A DNA stretch of 64,000 bases, from IMG/VR virus record IMGVR_UViG_3300020198_000009, positions 1 through 64,000 of that record. One strand, 5' to 3'. The notes beneath the pieces are model-generated. The model saw nothing but the letters and a program-made list of their open reading frames with translations, made no database searches and had not been told where the DNA came from. Position numbers and translations under genes: made by a program. This stretch comes from a virus. Of the stretch, positions 47,511 through 56,426 are shown one piece after another (the first letter of the stretch is position 1; each line of letters begins with the position of its first letter).

Positions 47511-47592
47511 GGGGTCCTTTACGGCCGATCGGCGGTCGGCCTTGGGAGACCGCCGCCGATCGGGCTTGCCTTGCTTGCGTAAGGGGAGGTTG

Positions 47593-48261
47593 TCAGGAAA
47601 CCTGGAACCCGGCCGCCTTGAAGGCCGTGCCTTCCTGGTAGAGGGCCTCCAGGATGGCCTGGCGTTCGGCGGCTACGTCGTGGGCAGCCTTCCCGAAGAG
47701 CGCCCCGGCGCCCACCTGGGCGGCATCCATCGGGTACTGGGCGGCCAGCTGCTGCGCCCGGATGAGGGCAAGCTGCTTGGCGTTCGCGGCGCCCTGGGCG
47801 GCCAGCGGCAGGGCCGGCACCGGCGCCCCGGCGGCCATCGCGGCCGCGGTGGGCTGCCCGGCGTTCATGGCTTCCTTGGCTACCTGGCCGGGAAAGGGGG
47901 CATCCACGGCGCCTGCCGCCCCCTTGACCTCCAGGTACCAGGCGTTGGCGAACTCGCGCGCCTCGTTCTCGATCGCCGCGGCCTTGACATCCGCGAACAT
48001 CTGGAGGCTGGGCGAGGTGCCGGGCGCCGGGTTCGACCAGCCGGCCCCGCCGTCGGCGCTGGGGTTCTGCATGATCGGTGCGGCTCCCTGCGCGGCGCGC
48101 TGGAGTGCGATCTGCGTGTTGGTGGCCATGGCCGGATTCGAGTCCATCGAACCGGTGGTCCCCGGGTTGGGGCCCGCACCGACCTGGCCGGGCACCAGAG
48201 CATCGACCGCCTGCTTCTGGCTCTGGGCCAGCAGCTGCTGATAGGCCGTGTACGGATCCAT
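47593..48261 (-). CDS. Putative internal head protein with MDPYTAY leader
   Basis: MDPYTAYQQLLAQSQKQA; KAA, KGA, KEA; promoter CTATAAT at 48304-48310. Confidence 0.6.
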   Translation of the reverse strand: MDPYTAYQQLLAQSQKQAVDALVPGQVGAGPNPGTTGSMDSNPAMATNTQIALQRAAQGAAPIMQNPSADGGAGWSNPAPGTSPSLQMFADVKAAAIENEAREFANAWYLEVKGAAGAVDAPFPGQVAKEAMNAGQPTAAAMAAGAPVPALPLAAQGAANAKQLALIRAQQLAAQYPMDAAQVGAGALFGKAAHDVAAERQAILEALYQEGTAFKAAGFQVS

Positions 48262-48327
48262 TAGTCGTCGTCCTCCTGGAAAAGTGATCTGACCTTCGAA
48301 GGAATTATAGAGATTACCCTCTTGGTC

Positions 48328-48858
48328 CTACGGCCTCCCATAGGCGTGAGCCAATGAGAGCCCGTGGTGGATGAAATTGATGGCATTGGACTCGGCCCCA
48401 CGCGCCGCGGCGTCGATGGTGCCCTGGGCACTGATGAGATCCTTGAAGGCCCCGTGATCGACCCCGTCGTAGGCGATGAAGCGCTTGATCAGGTTGCCGA
48501 CCACCAGCGGGTTCTCGGCGGTGCTCGGCGAGCCCTGGGCGATCGAGTCGAAGTAGAGCCGGACCTTCTCGGGCTTCTCGCGCTGGAGCTCGGGATAGAC
48601 TTGAAGCATCTTGGAGTAGGACTGCTGGAGCTTGATCGAATCCGACAGCATCCCCACGCCCTTGAGGGCCAGCGCCCCGCCGGCCAGCATGCCGGCATGC
48701 TGGGCCAGCGCCCCGAAGCCCAGGGGCTTGGGCCGGGTGGCATACTCCAGACCCTTGAACGCCAGGCCCCCCAGAGTGCCGATGGCACCAACCGCGGCAT
48801 TGGTTCGCCCCATCCAGTCGGGCCTGAAGATGCGCTGAGCATCGGTATACCAGGGCAT
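48328..48858 (-). CDS. Putative virion protein with Gly-rich hydrophobic helices
   Basis: MPWYTD..; Y..M....PEL....E.V..YF.SI....P....NPLV.G..I. Confidence 0.55.
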   Translation of the reverse strand: MPWYTDAQRIFRPDWMGRTNAAVGAIGTLGGLAFKGLEYATRPKPLGFGALAQHAGMLAGGALALKGVGMLSDSIKLQQSYSKMLQVYPELQREKPEKVRLYFDSIAQGSPSTAENPLVVGNLIKRFIAYDGVDHGAFKDLISAQGTIDAAARGAESNAINFIHHGLSLAHAYGRP

Positions 48859-48859
48859 A

Positions 48860-49618
48860 TTACCCCTCCTGGAGCTGGACCAGATGGTCCCGGACATTGC
48901 GGCGCCGCGCCCGCAGATCGATCACCGCGGCCATCCGGGCGGCTGCGGTCTTGGCGAGTTCGACCAGGTCGGTGGCGTGCCGCTGGGTCTCGGGCACCAG
49001 GATGCGCAGTTGCCCGCGAGTAAACGCGTGCTTCTCGATCGCCGTAGCCTCGAAGACCCGATCGACCAGCTGGCGCTCGAAAGGAGAGAGTGTCTCGAAC
49101 TGCTGCTGGTAGACCCCCAGCTTCTCGATGCCGAGCTCCTTGGCGCGAGCCACCCGGGACTCCATGGTGGCGAGCAGGTCGCGAATTTCGGCCATGGCCA
49201 CCTTGATCTGCGAATCGAGCTGGCTACGACGGGCGGCGAGTTTTTGCAGGAGTGCCGGCGTGTCGTCGAAGGCGATGCCGCCCGGGCGGGCGCTGGAGTA
49301 CCCAGACCCCGAGCCGAGCGTCGTACGCACGGCCAGGCCGGGACTTGCCGACGCGGCCTTGACGGCCTGTTTTTCGCCATGCATGGCCAGTAGCACCCTT
49401 TCGGCGTAAGCGGGCGGGAACTCGTCGCACTTGTCGAGCTCCATGGCCTTCTTGAAGGCATGGCGGTTCACCAGCTGCGTCAGGCTCCGGACGGTATGGT
49501 CGTTGTAGCCGAGCGCCGAGGCGTGCTTGGCGATGGCCTCATGGATATCGGCGCCCTGGCGGACCGACTCGACGATTTGCTGGGCCTCGGCATCCAGCTT
49601 GGGCTTGATGTTTCCCAC
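48860..49618 (-). CDS. Putative virion/head protein, KxA-rich; possibly leaderless
   Basis: KHA x2, KQA, KLA, KVA, KTA; GTG start 6 nt after CTATAAT (49625-49631). Confidence 0.55.
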   Translation of the reverse strand: MGNIKPKLDAEAQQIVESVRQGADIHEAIAKHASALGYNDHTVRSLTQLVNRHAFKKAMELDKCDEFPPAYAERVLLAMHGEKQAVKAASASPGLAVRTTLGSGSGYSSARPGGIAFDDTPALLQKLAARRSQLDSQIKVAMAEIRDLLATMESRVARAKELGIEKLGVYQQQFETLSPFERQLVDRVFEATAIEKHAFTRGQLRILVPETQRHATDLVELAKTAAARMAAVIDLRARRRNVRDHLVQLQEG

Positions 49619-49732
49619 GCTGGGATTATAGATGTCGCCCGCCGAGCACCGCGGAGGACGGTTCCGGCCCAGCGCAAGAGGCGCCCGAGGACCCCCGGCC
49701 GCAGCCGGAGGCCGAGGAGCCAGCCCGGGAGC

Positions 49733-50104
49733 CTAGCCCCCGATGGCCATGGCCGAGGCGTTGGGATCGGTGATGCGGCTGTTGTCGAACTTGGGCATGT
49801 TGAGGACCCGCTGGCGCATGTCGTCATCGGCGGCGAACTTGGCCTTGCCATCCTGCCGGTAGTAGTTCTCGATGAACCGCTCCATGTCGGGCAGCTGATG
49901 AGCGCAGCCTGGCTCGATGCGGAAGATCAGGGGCTTGCGGTCGTCCTTGAAATGCCACTCGCTCTCGTCGTCCGAATTCACGACGATGTCGAAGTCGTCG
50001 TATGGATAGATGGTGCCCTTGTAGGTCAGGCCGTCACGAATGAGCTCGGGAACGGGAACTTGGGTGTTGACGGTGGCGCCGCGCAACGGCAGTCGAAAAC
50101 CCAT
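49733..50104 (-). CDS. Hypothetical protein, divergent from terminase
   Basis: MGFRLPLRG...; protein-like composition. Confidence 0.5.
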   Translation of the reverse strand: MGFRLPLRGATVNTQVPVPELIRDGLTYKGTIYPYDDFDIVVNSDDESEWHFKDDRKPLIFRIEPGCAHQLPDMERFIENYYRQDGKAKFAADDDMRQRVLNMPKFDNSRITDPNASAMAIGG

Positions 50105-50160
50105 CTTTTCACGATCTCCTTGTATCTGAGTGTCTGGTGGTATTACCATACTAGCACAGG

Positions 50161-53058
50161 ATGTCGAGCGAGACCTTCATCGAGGACGGCGAAACCGGAC
50201 GCCGCGTCATCGTCACGGACCGAAAGAAGATTGCCGAGGCGGTACTGCATCTCAAGGGCAGGCCCCTCAAGCTCGACAACTACCGGCCCTTCCATGCCAT
50301 CTACCGCACTTCGGCACAAAACCTTGTGATACAGGCGGGACGGCAAGTGTCAAAATGTGGCACCGGCGAGAACATGATCCCCATGTTCAACGGCATGCCG
50401 GCCAGGCTCGGCGCCCTCCGGCCAGGCGATAAGGTTTTGTCTCTGGCATCTGGCTACCGCCTGGTGACTGGACAGGTGAGCGACACCATCCAAGCCGGCA
50501 GGAAGCCATGCGTGCGCCTGACGACCCGCTTGGGGCACGAGCTGGAGGTCGCCCGGAGTCATCCGATTCGCGGTCTGTTCGACTACTATCCGGCGGGCGA
50601 ACTCAAGATTGGCGACCGAGTGGCGGCTGTGCGTCGCGGCGGCTCCTTCACAGACCTGAACCCCATAACGCCGACCGAGGCCATGGTGCTCGCCTACATG
50701 ATTGGCGACGGCAGCGCTCAGGGTAAGCAGAACTTCGGCTTCACGAACTCCAAACCGGAGATCTTGGCCGAGTTCCGGTCATGCTGCGCCATGCTGGGCC
50801 AGGTCGCGCCACGAGAGTACGAACGCAAGGGCTCCTTGACGCTTCGGCTCTCGCTGGCATCGGATGCCCCGGTTCGTCGTCTCCTGGAACATCAGGGTAT
50901 CTATGGCAAGACCTCGGAAACGAAGTTCATCCCAGCCGAGGTATTCGACCTCGATCGCGAGCGCACGGCGCTCTTCCTGAATCGACTCTGGGCGTGCGAT
51001 GGCCATGCCAAGCAACTCAATCCTGGGAAATATGAAATCCACTACGCCACAATCTCGAAAAAACTGGCCCATGGCGTTCAAGCGCTCCTGTGGAAGTTCG
51101 GAATCCCGGCCTCGGTATCCCGGAGTCAACCGAAAGTCTATATAGGCACCAACAAATTCGCCTACAAGGTGCGAATTGAAACCCAAGAAGGTATCCGCCG
51201 CTTCTTGACCGAGATCGGCGCTTTCATGAAGAGCGAGAGCATCCCACTTCCGGCAGCCGAGAGTAACAATAACCGCGATACCATCCCGCAGGACGTGCAA
51301 AAGCTCATCACGGCACTCTACGAGCGCGCCCTGGCCCGGGATGCCCTGTGCGGACCCGGGCGTGCGGGGCGGCCTAGGGCTAGCATCACGGATCACGGCC
51401 TGCGCGCCACCCTAAAATACCCCCCCTCGCCACGAAAGATCGCCCAATACGTCGAGTTCTTTCAGCAGATCGGGCTCGGAGACGAACCGGAAACCATTAC
51501 CCTCGAATCACTGATCAACAACGACGTGATCTGGGATAAGATTATTGCGATCGAAGACATCGGCATGCAGGATTGTTACGACATCGAAGTCGATGTTCTG
51601 CACAACTACATCCTGGGCGGCGTTGTCACCCATAACTCGACCACCCTGGGAAACTGGTCCATCACCGACGCCATCGGCGTGCCCCATTCCGAGCAGTTGA
51701 TCGTCCTGCCCTCGATCATGCAGATGCGCCGCTTCTCATCGGACAAAGTGGGAAAAATCGTCGCCACCAGCCCGCTTGTCAAGAAATGGTTCGTCGACCA
51801 CACCTGCGAGCGCGCCATCTACAAACGCAGCTTCCTCAACGGCTCGACCATGGAATTCGCCGCCATGACCCAGATGGAATCCATACGCGGCGGCGCCAAG
51901 AACCGGGTGTCGGAAGACGAAGTGCAGGACATGGACCTGGACGCGCTTGCCATAGTGGAGGAGGTGCTAAGCGGACAAGCAAGTGACAAGATAGCAATTG
52001 CCCGCACCGGCACGGCCAAGACCGTCGGCAACACGCTGGATGTGACGTTCAAGAAATCGAGCCAGTGCGAATGGATAGTGCCATGCCCAAGCGGTCACCA
52101 CAACGTCCCGAGCCCGGACAACATCGGCGATCGGGGCTTCATTTGCAAGAAATGCCGCAGCCTCTGCGACGTGCGCGGTGGCTACTGGCGCTCCATGGCG
52201 GGCCTCGACGCCGAGTGGATGGGCTTCCACATCCCCCAGATCATCCTGCCGCTCCATACCGAGGACCAAGGAAACTGGCGCAAGCTCCTGCGAAAGCGCA
52301 ACGGCGGCGTCAGCCCGGTCGTCTTTCTCAACGAGGTCATGGGCATTCCTGCCGGCTCGGGCATCACCGCCCTGACCGAAGAGGACCTGATCAAGTGCTG
52401 CGAACCGGTCTACGAGATAGACCCCCACTACTTCCGCGGCAAGGACCACGACATCGCCGTGGTATTCGGTACCTGCGACTGGGGCCTGATGGCCATCAAG
52501 AGCTTCACGATTGCCAGCATCTGGGGGATCACCAAGGCCGGGCGCATCAAGCTGCTGTTTGCCTATCGCTTCCTGGACCCCGATCCCTACAAGCAGGTCG
52601 AGCAGATCATCCGGCTCTTCACGAACGCGGGGGTCGAGCTGGTCGGCTGCGACTGGGGCATGGGCATGATCCAGAGCCGCATCATCGAGGAGCAGATGCC
52701 CCAGGTCCCGGTCCATCGCTTTATGTACGTCGGCGAGCAGCGGGCCCTGATGAGCTGGTACAAGGAGGGCAAGCTCTGGCGGGTGAACCGTACCCAGGCC
52801 ATGACCGAAGCTTTCGTCTGGATGAAGCGCCAGCGTTTCTGGTTCCCGAACTGGTCATGGTTCAAGGAATACATCGCGCCGGATATATTATGTATTTACG
52901 AAGAGGCAGTAAATCAAGTCACATTCAAGAACGATGTCATACGGTACGCACACCCCGATTCCCAGGCCGATGACGCCACTCACACCTGCGTCTACGCCCT
53001 GCTGCTCCTTTGGATCCTTTATGACCGCGGCCGTACGGAGTTCCATCTGGCAGGCTAG
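50161..53058 (+). CDS. terL: Terminase large subunit (GpA-like) interrupted by an intein
   Basis: Walker A AGRQVSK|STT, Walker B IRG....RVSEDEVQD, GTAKT, SSQ.EW...C, GFHIPQ, NEVMG, nuclease G.DWG and HPD...DD..H. Confidence 0.9.
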   Translation: MSSETFIEDGETGRRVIVTDRKKIAEAVLHLKGRPLKLDNYRPFHAIYRTSAQNLVIQAGRQVSKCGTGENMIPMFNGMPARLGALRPGDKVLSLASGYRLVTGQVSDTIQAGRKPCVRLTTRLGHELEVARSHPIRGLFDYYPAGELKIGDRVAAVRRGGSFTDLNPITPTEAMVLAYMIGDGSAQGKQNFGFTNSKPEILAEFRSCCAMLGQVAPREYERKGSLTLRLSLASDAPVRRLLEHQGIYGKTSETKFIPAEVFDLDRERTALFLNRLWACDGHAKQLNPGKYEIHYATISKKLAHGVQALLWKFGIPASVSRSQPKVYIGTNKFAYKVRIETQEGIRRFLTEIGAFMKSESIPLPAAESNNNRDTIPQDVQKLITALYERALARDALCGPGRAGRPRASITDHGLRATLKYPPSPRKIAQYVEFFQQIGLGDEPETITLESLINNDVIWDKIIAIEDIGMQDCYDIEVDVLHNYILGGVVTHNSTTLGNWSITDAIGVPHSEQLIVLPSIMQMRRFSSDKVGKIVATSPLVKKWFVDHTCERAIYKRSFLNGSTMEFAAMTQMESIRGGAKNRVSEDEVQDMDLDALAIVEEVLSGQASDKIAIARTGTAKTVGNTLDVTFKKSSQCEWIVPCPSGHHNVPSPDNIGDRGFICKKCRSLCDVRGGYWRSMAGLDAEWMGFHIPQIILPLHTEDQGNWRKLLRKRNGGVSPVVFLNEVMGIPAGSGITALTEEDLIKCCEPVYEIDPHYFRGKDHDIAVVFGTCDWGLMAIKSFTIASIWGITKAGRIKLLFAYRFLDPDPYKQVEQIIRLFTNAGVELVGCDWGMGMIQSRIIEEQMPQVPVHRFMYVGEQRALMSWYKEGKLWRVNRTQAMTEAFVWMKRQRFWFPNWSWFKEYIAPDILCIYEEAVNQVTFKNDVIRYAHPDSQADDATHTCVYALLLLWILYDRGRTEFHLAG
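50356..51636 (+). mobile_element. Intein with LAGLIDADG homing endonuclease (427 aa) in the terminase Walker A
   Basis: Begins C(GTGE), ends VVTHN before Ser; block B T..G.EL.V...HP; LAYMIGDGS and FLNRLWACDG; YDIEV..HNY. Confidence 0.92.
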
Positions 53059-53204
53059 GCCCGATGCGTCGCCCCGCAGTCCCGGCAAATCACGACCTGC
53101 TCGCTCTGGGCCAACGCACCGTCCGAGCCGCGCTTTTCGAGTTCCTGGGTATCGACGTTGCCCGACTCGCAGACCTGGCAGTGGAGGCGTCCGTCCTTGA
53201 TCAT
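53055..53204 (-). CDS. Small zinc-ribbon protein
   Basis: MIKDG..CQVC...EKRG...CRDCG. Confidence 0.5.
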   Translation of the reverse strand: MIKDGRLHCQVCESGNVDTQELEKRGSDGALAQSEQVVICRDCGATHRA

Positions 53205-53206
53205 GG

Positions 53207-53698
53207 CTAGGCCGCCAGATTGAGGTAACGCAGCGCGTAGCGCTTGTCGAGGGATATCAGATGGCGTGAATACGCTGGGTCGGTGGCGTACCCGCACTCG
53301 CGCAGCCCGTTGGCCCAGCCCTCGAAATCCCCCTTGGCCAGCTTGAAGAGCGGTCGATACCGCTTGCCCAGTAGGAACTTGGCGTGATCCACGAAGGACT
53401 CGACCATGCTAGGGTAGGCCCGGAAGTAGTGGTACTCGGTCACGTAGCGGCCATGGCGCCACTCCTTGGTGCGTCGCAGGACCTTGGGGCCGGCCCAACG
53501 CTCGTCGGCCTTGACCCCGAAGTAGTTCTTGGCGCCGCCGGCATCGCTCTTGCCGCCGTTGGATTCGAGTAGCCACTGGGCGAACGTGATGCCGGCCGGC
53601 ACCCCGAAGAGCCGCTCGGTGGCCTGGGAGGCCTTGGCGGCCTCGTCCCAGAGGGCCCGGGCGGACGTGCCGGGCTTGGGCCAGTTGCTATTGGGCAT
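53207..53698 (-). CDS. GH73/FlgJ-like glucosaminidase (endolysin or virion muramidase)
   Basis: AQWLLES.GGKS...NYFGVKA...W.G...T.E....FRAY.S..ES..DH..FL...RY; GYATDPAY. Confidence 0.9.
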   Translation of the reverse strand: MPNSNWPKPGTSARALWDEAAKASQATERLFGVPAGITFAQWLLESNGGKSDAGGAKNYFGVKADERWAGPKVLRRTKEWRHGRYVTEYHYFRAYPSMVESFVDHAKFLLGKRYRPLFKLAKGDFEGWANGLRECGYATDPAYSRHLISLDKRYALRYLNLAA

Positions 53699-54137
53699 CC
53701 GATGTTCCCTCTATCGCGGCGACGTAAGCCTGACGGGAGACCTTCTCGAAGGTCTTGTTGAGCGAAATCGTCCAACAGTCGGCCTTCATCACCAGGACCA
53801 GGGTGGCACCTGGCAAGACGCCAACCCATTGCGACGATTGCTCGTGGAGAATGGACATTCGAACACCGCGCAAAGCGGCCTCAAGCTTGAGGGTTTGCTT
53901 CCGATCGCTGGTGTCGTCAATCAGCACGAAGCTGAACGCGTCATCCTGGTTGACCCCGCTCCAGCGGGCCAGTTTCCCCTGCACATCGACGTACTCGAAC
54001 TCGCAGCCCACCTGGGGGATCTGGGGCTCGTAGTAGAGCTGGAAGGCGATCAGGTTGCCGGGATCGATGGCCTGGCCATCGAGATCGATCCGGGTGGTCG
54101 CGAGCGTGCCTTCCGAGGTGGCCTTGACGACGCTCAT
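53688..54137 (-). CDS. Hypothetical protein
   Basis: MSVVKATSEG...; RBS GGAGG. Confidence 0.5.
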   Translation of the reverse strand: MSVVKATSEGTLATTRIDLDGQAIDPGNLIAFQLYYEPQIPQVGCEFEYVDVQGKLARWSGVNQDDAFSFVLIDDTSDRKQTLKLEAALRGVRMSILHEQSSQWVGVLPGATLVLVMKADCWTISLNKTFEKVSRQAYVAAIEGTSDAQ

Positions 54138-54427
54138 GGGGTAGCCTCCCCGGACGGCTCCTGCGCCTCCATGAAGTCCGGAAGCAAGCGCCGACTGATG
54201 CCGCTCTCCGAGAGAATGTTCCAGACGACACCGCCATTGACGAGCCGAGCAGCCTGGTCTTCGAGGACGTCGACACCGACCCATGCCTCCTCGTCGGTCT
54301 CGAACTGCGAACGGATGGACCGGAAGACCTCCTGGCGCTCGGCGGCGGGCTTGCGCATGGCGAGCGGATTTGCGCGCAGCGCCGCCAGAAAGCCCTGGTC
54401 GAGTTGGCGCGCCTCGTCTATTCCCAT
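54134..54427 (-). CDS. Hypothetical protein
   Basis: MGIDEARQLDQGFL...; overlaps a short upstream ORF (54418-54528). Confidence 0.45.
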   Translation of the reverse strand: MGIDEARQLDQGFLAALRANPLAMRKPAAERQEVFRSIRSQFETDEEAWVGVDVLEDQAARLVNGGVVWNILSESGISRRLLPDFMEAQEPSGEATP

Positions 54428-54568
54428 GGATCGATCTCGCTCTCGAACTCCTTGTCGGCCAGCGCCTGGCGCAACCAGGGATCGATCGGGGCCACCTCGC
54501 CCGGGATGGTCTGACTGGTCTCGTCCATGAATAATAAGGATAGCAGGTAGGACCAGCAGGAGCAACCA

Positions 54569-55123
54569 TTGGATCGAGCCTGGGAAATCGCCGCCGCCCT
54601 CGACTTCGTGGCCGAGTGCCGGGGCAAGGCGGCCGCCATCCACATCGGCCCCAACTCGGAGCGCCTGGCCGAGAAACTCCTGGTCATGCGCCGCATTCCT
54701 ACCGAACGCGCCCCGCTCGACGCAATCGGCAAGCAGCGATTTGCGCGGGCATTCGAGAATCTTTCCGAAGAAGGGAAAGACCGCCTGTCGGTGCGCGTCC
54801 AGCCCTTCAAGCAGGCCAGCGAGTTCGCCTACATCTCCGAAGTGCCCATCGCCGGCGAGCACTTCTCGAACCAGCGCCTGGAAAACGACTACATGTTCAA
54901 GCATCCGGTCATCAGCACGCTCCATCCAGCCCCCTGGGTCGGGGCGGCGCTGGGGGCCGTCGTGGGCCGACGGTTACACAAGAACCTCCTGGGCTCGGCC
55001 ATGATCGGCGGCTCCGCCGGCCTGCTCGCCGAGGGCGCCCATCGCCTGAATTTCCTGCTCGGGGCCCGCAAACAGCTCCAGGCAGGCAAGAACCCGCTCG
55101 ATCGCAGGTTCGCCAAGCTGTGA
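54569..55123 (+). CDS. Putative virion protein with glycine-zipper C-terminus
   Basis: KAA, KQA; GAALGAVVG..GSAMIGGSAG; RBS AGGAG. Confidence 0.5.
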   Translation: MDRAWEIAAALDFVAECRGKAAAIHIGPNSERLAEKLLVMRRIPTERAPLDAIGKQRFARAFENLSEEGKDRLSVRVQPFKQASEFAYISEVPIAGEHFSNQRLENDYMFKHPVISTLHPAPWVGAALGAVVGRRLHKNLLGSAMIGGSAGLLAEGAHRLNFLLGARKQLQAGKNPLDRRFAKL

Positions 55124-55314
55124 CCAGCGAGTTCCTGGTGAACTGGCACCACGTCGCCCTGGCGGGATTGTTCGCCGTCAGCCCCCTCCTGCTCGCCGGC
55201 CTCATCATCCTGGCCAGCATCCTCCAGGGCCGCTGTACGGCCTGCGCCGGGAAGCTCGCCGGCAGGCACTTCCCCTGGTGGCTGTGCGCGGCATGCAAGG
55301 CGGGCAGACCATGA
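55120..55314 (+). CDS. Small membrane protein with CxxC pairs
   Basis: Hydrophobic VALAGLFAVSPLLLAGLIILA; CTAC, CAAC; GTGA/ATGA overlaps. Confidence 0.45.
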   Translation: MTSEFLVNWHHVALAGLFAVSPLLLAGLIILASILQGRCTACAGKLAGRHFPWWLCAACKAGRP

Positions 55315-56426
55315 TCCGCACCACCAAGTCGCTCTACCTGCGCACGGTCGAACTGGCCAAGGACACGGTACCCGAGCCCTTCCTGAATTACGGCCACGCC
55401 GACGATCTGGGCCTGGGCTGGTTTCCATCGCGCGAGGCGTTCTCGGACAATGCCGATCCGGTCTTTTGGCGTGGGTTGCCACGCTTCTGCGGGGCGGTCT
55501 TCCCCTACCGCCACAACTTCCAGACCCTCTCACACCTGACCATCATCCCCTATACCGAATTCAATCAGCTCGATCGCCAGAAACGCTTCTGTCTGCCCAA
55601 CCGGCGACGCACCGGCAAGACGCCCGCCGGAGTCTTCGGCATCGAGCGCCTGCGCCGCAAACACAAGGTCCTGGTGGTCACCGACGACGAGGCCGCGGTC
55701 TGCAAGGATCCCGACACGATCGCCGTGAGCAACCTCGACGCCACCCTGATTCGCTTCATCTGCCGCGCGGCCCACAACATCGAGGTACAGGGCTCGACCG
55801 CGGGCTGGACGGCCAGGATGTTCGATCTCGCGCGCCATGGCACCCCGGTGAGCGTCAACGGCGTGGACATGGTCGAGCACGTCGCGGGCAAGATCCTGGA
55901 GATGTTCCACCAGCGCGCATCGCTGCCCATCCTGACCCACCGCGCCGTCGAGTACCTCAACTGCCTGCTGCCCATCCAGCGCATGGCCGTCATCGGCATC
56001 CTCAAGCAGGAGCACAACCTCGATCTGTCCCGCACGTTGCCCGACGACTTCCATGTCTTCCGCCGCGAGGGGGATTTCTATGATGCCGTGGGGCAGGCGC
56101 TCCGTGCCAAGCTGGCCGACGCGCGCTTCGAACCGCCTTTCGGGATCCAGGTGACCAGCCGGGACGGCAGGCGCCTGCTGGTGCCCTACGAACGGGGAGT
56201 CCTGGGGGCGGTACTGGCCGAGCTGGTGGGCGCCAGGCTCGACCTGCTCGACTGGGCCTATGATCAATTGCAGGAGCTCCCTCACTTCTATCTCTTCAAG
56301 GAGCACGAGCAGCTGGCCACCCGGGCCGAGGTCTCGCGCAAGGTCGAAGAGGTGGCCCTGGCCGTCTTGAGCCGCATGGCCGCCGAGGCCGACGCCCGCA
56401 AACCGATCGGGAGGATAGCGCAATGA
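55311..56426 (+). CDS. Hypothetical protein (weak, unconfirmed primase/TOPRIM-like look)
   Basis: VFPYR..., GVFGIE.L....VLVVTDD; function not established. Confidence 0.45.
   Translation: MIRTTKSLYLRTVELAKDTVPEPFLNYGHADDLGLGWFPSREAFSDNADPVFWRGLPRFCGAVFPYRHNFQTLSHLTIIPYTEFNQLDRQKRFCLPNRRRTGKTPAGVFGIERLRRKHKVLVVTDDEAAVCKDPDTIAVSNLDATLIRFICRAAHNIEVQGSTAGWTARMFDLARHGTPVSVNGVDMVEHVAGKILEMFHQRASLPILTHRAVEYLNCLLPIQRMAVIGILKQEHNLDLSRTLPDDFHVFRREGDFYDAVGQALRAKLADARFEPPFGIQVTSRDGRRLLVPYERGVLGAVLAELVGARLDLLDWAYDQLQELPHFYLFKEHEQLATRAEVSRKVEEVALAVLSRMAAEADARKPIGRIAQ

Noticed and set aside
55311-56426. DNA primase call
   Set aside because: Only vague TOPRIM-like spacing; the conserved EG and DxD residues are not clearly present.
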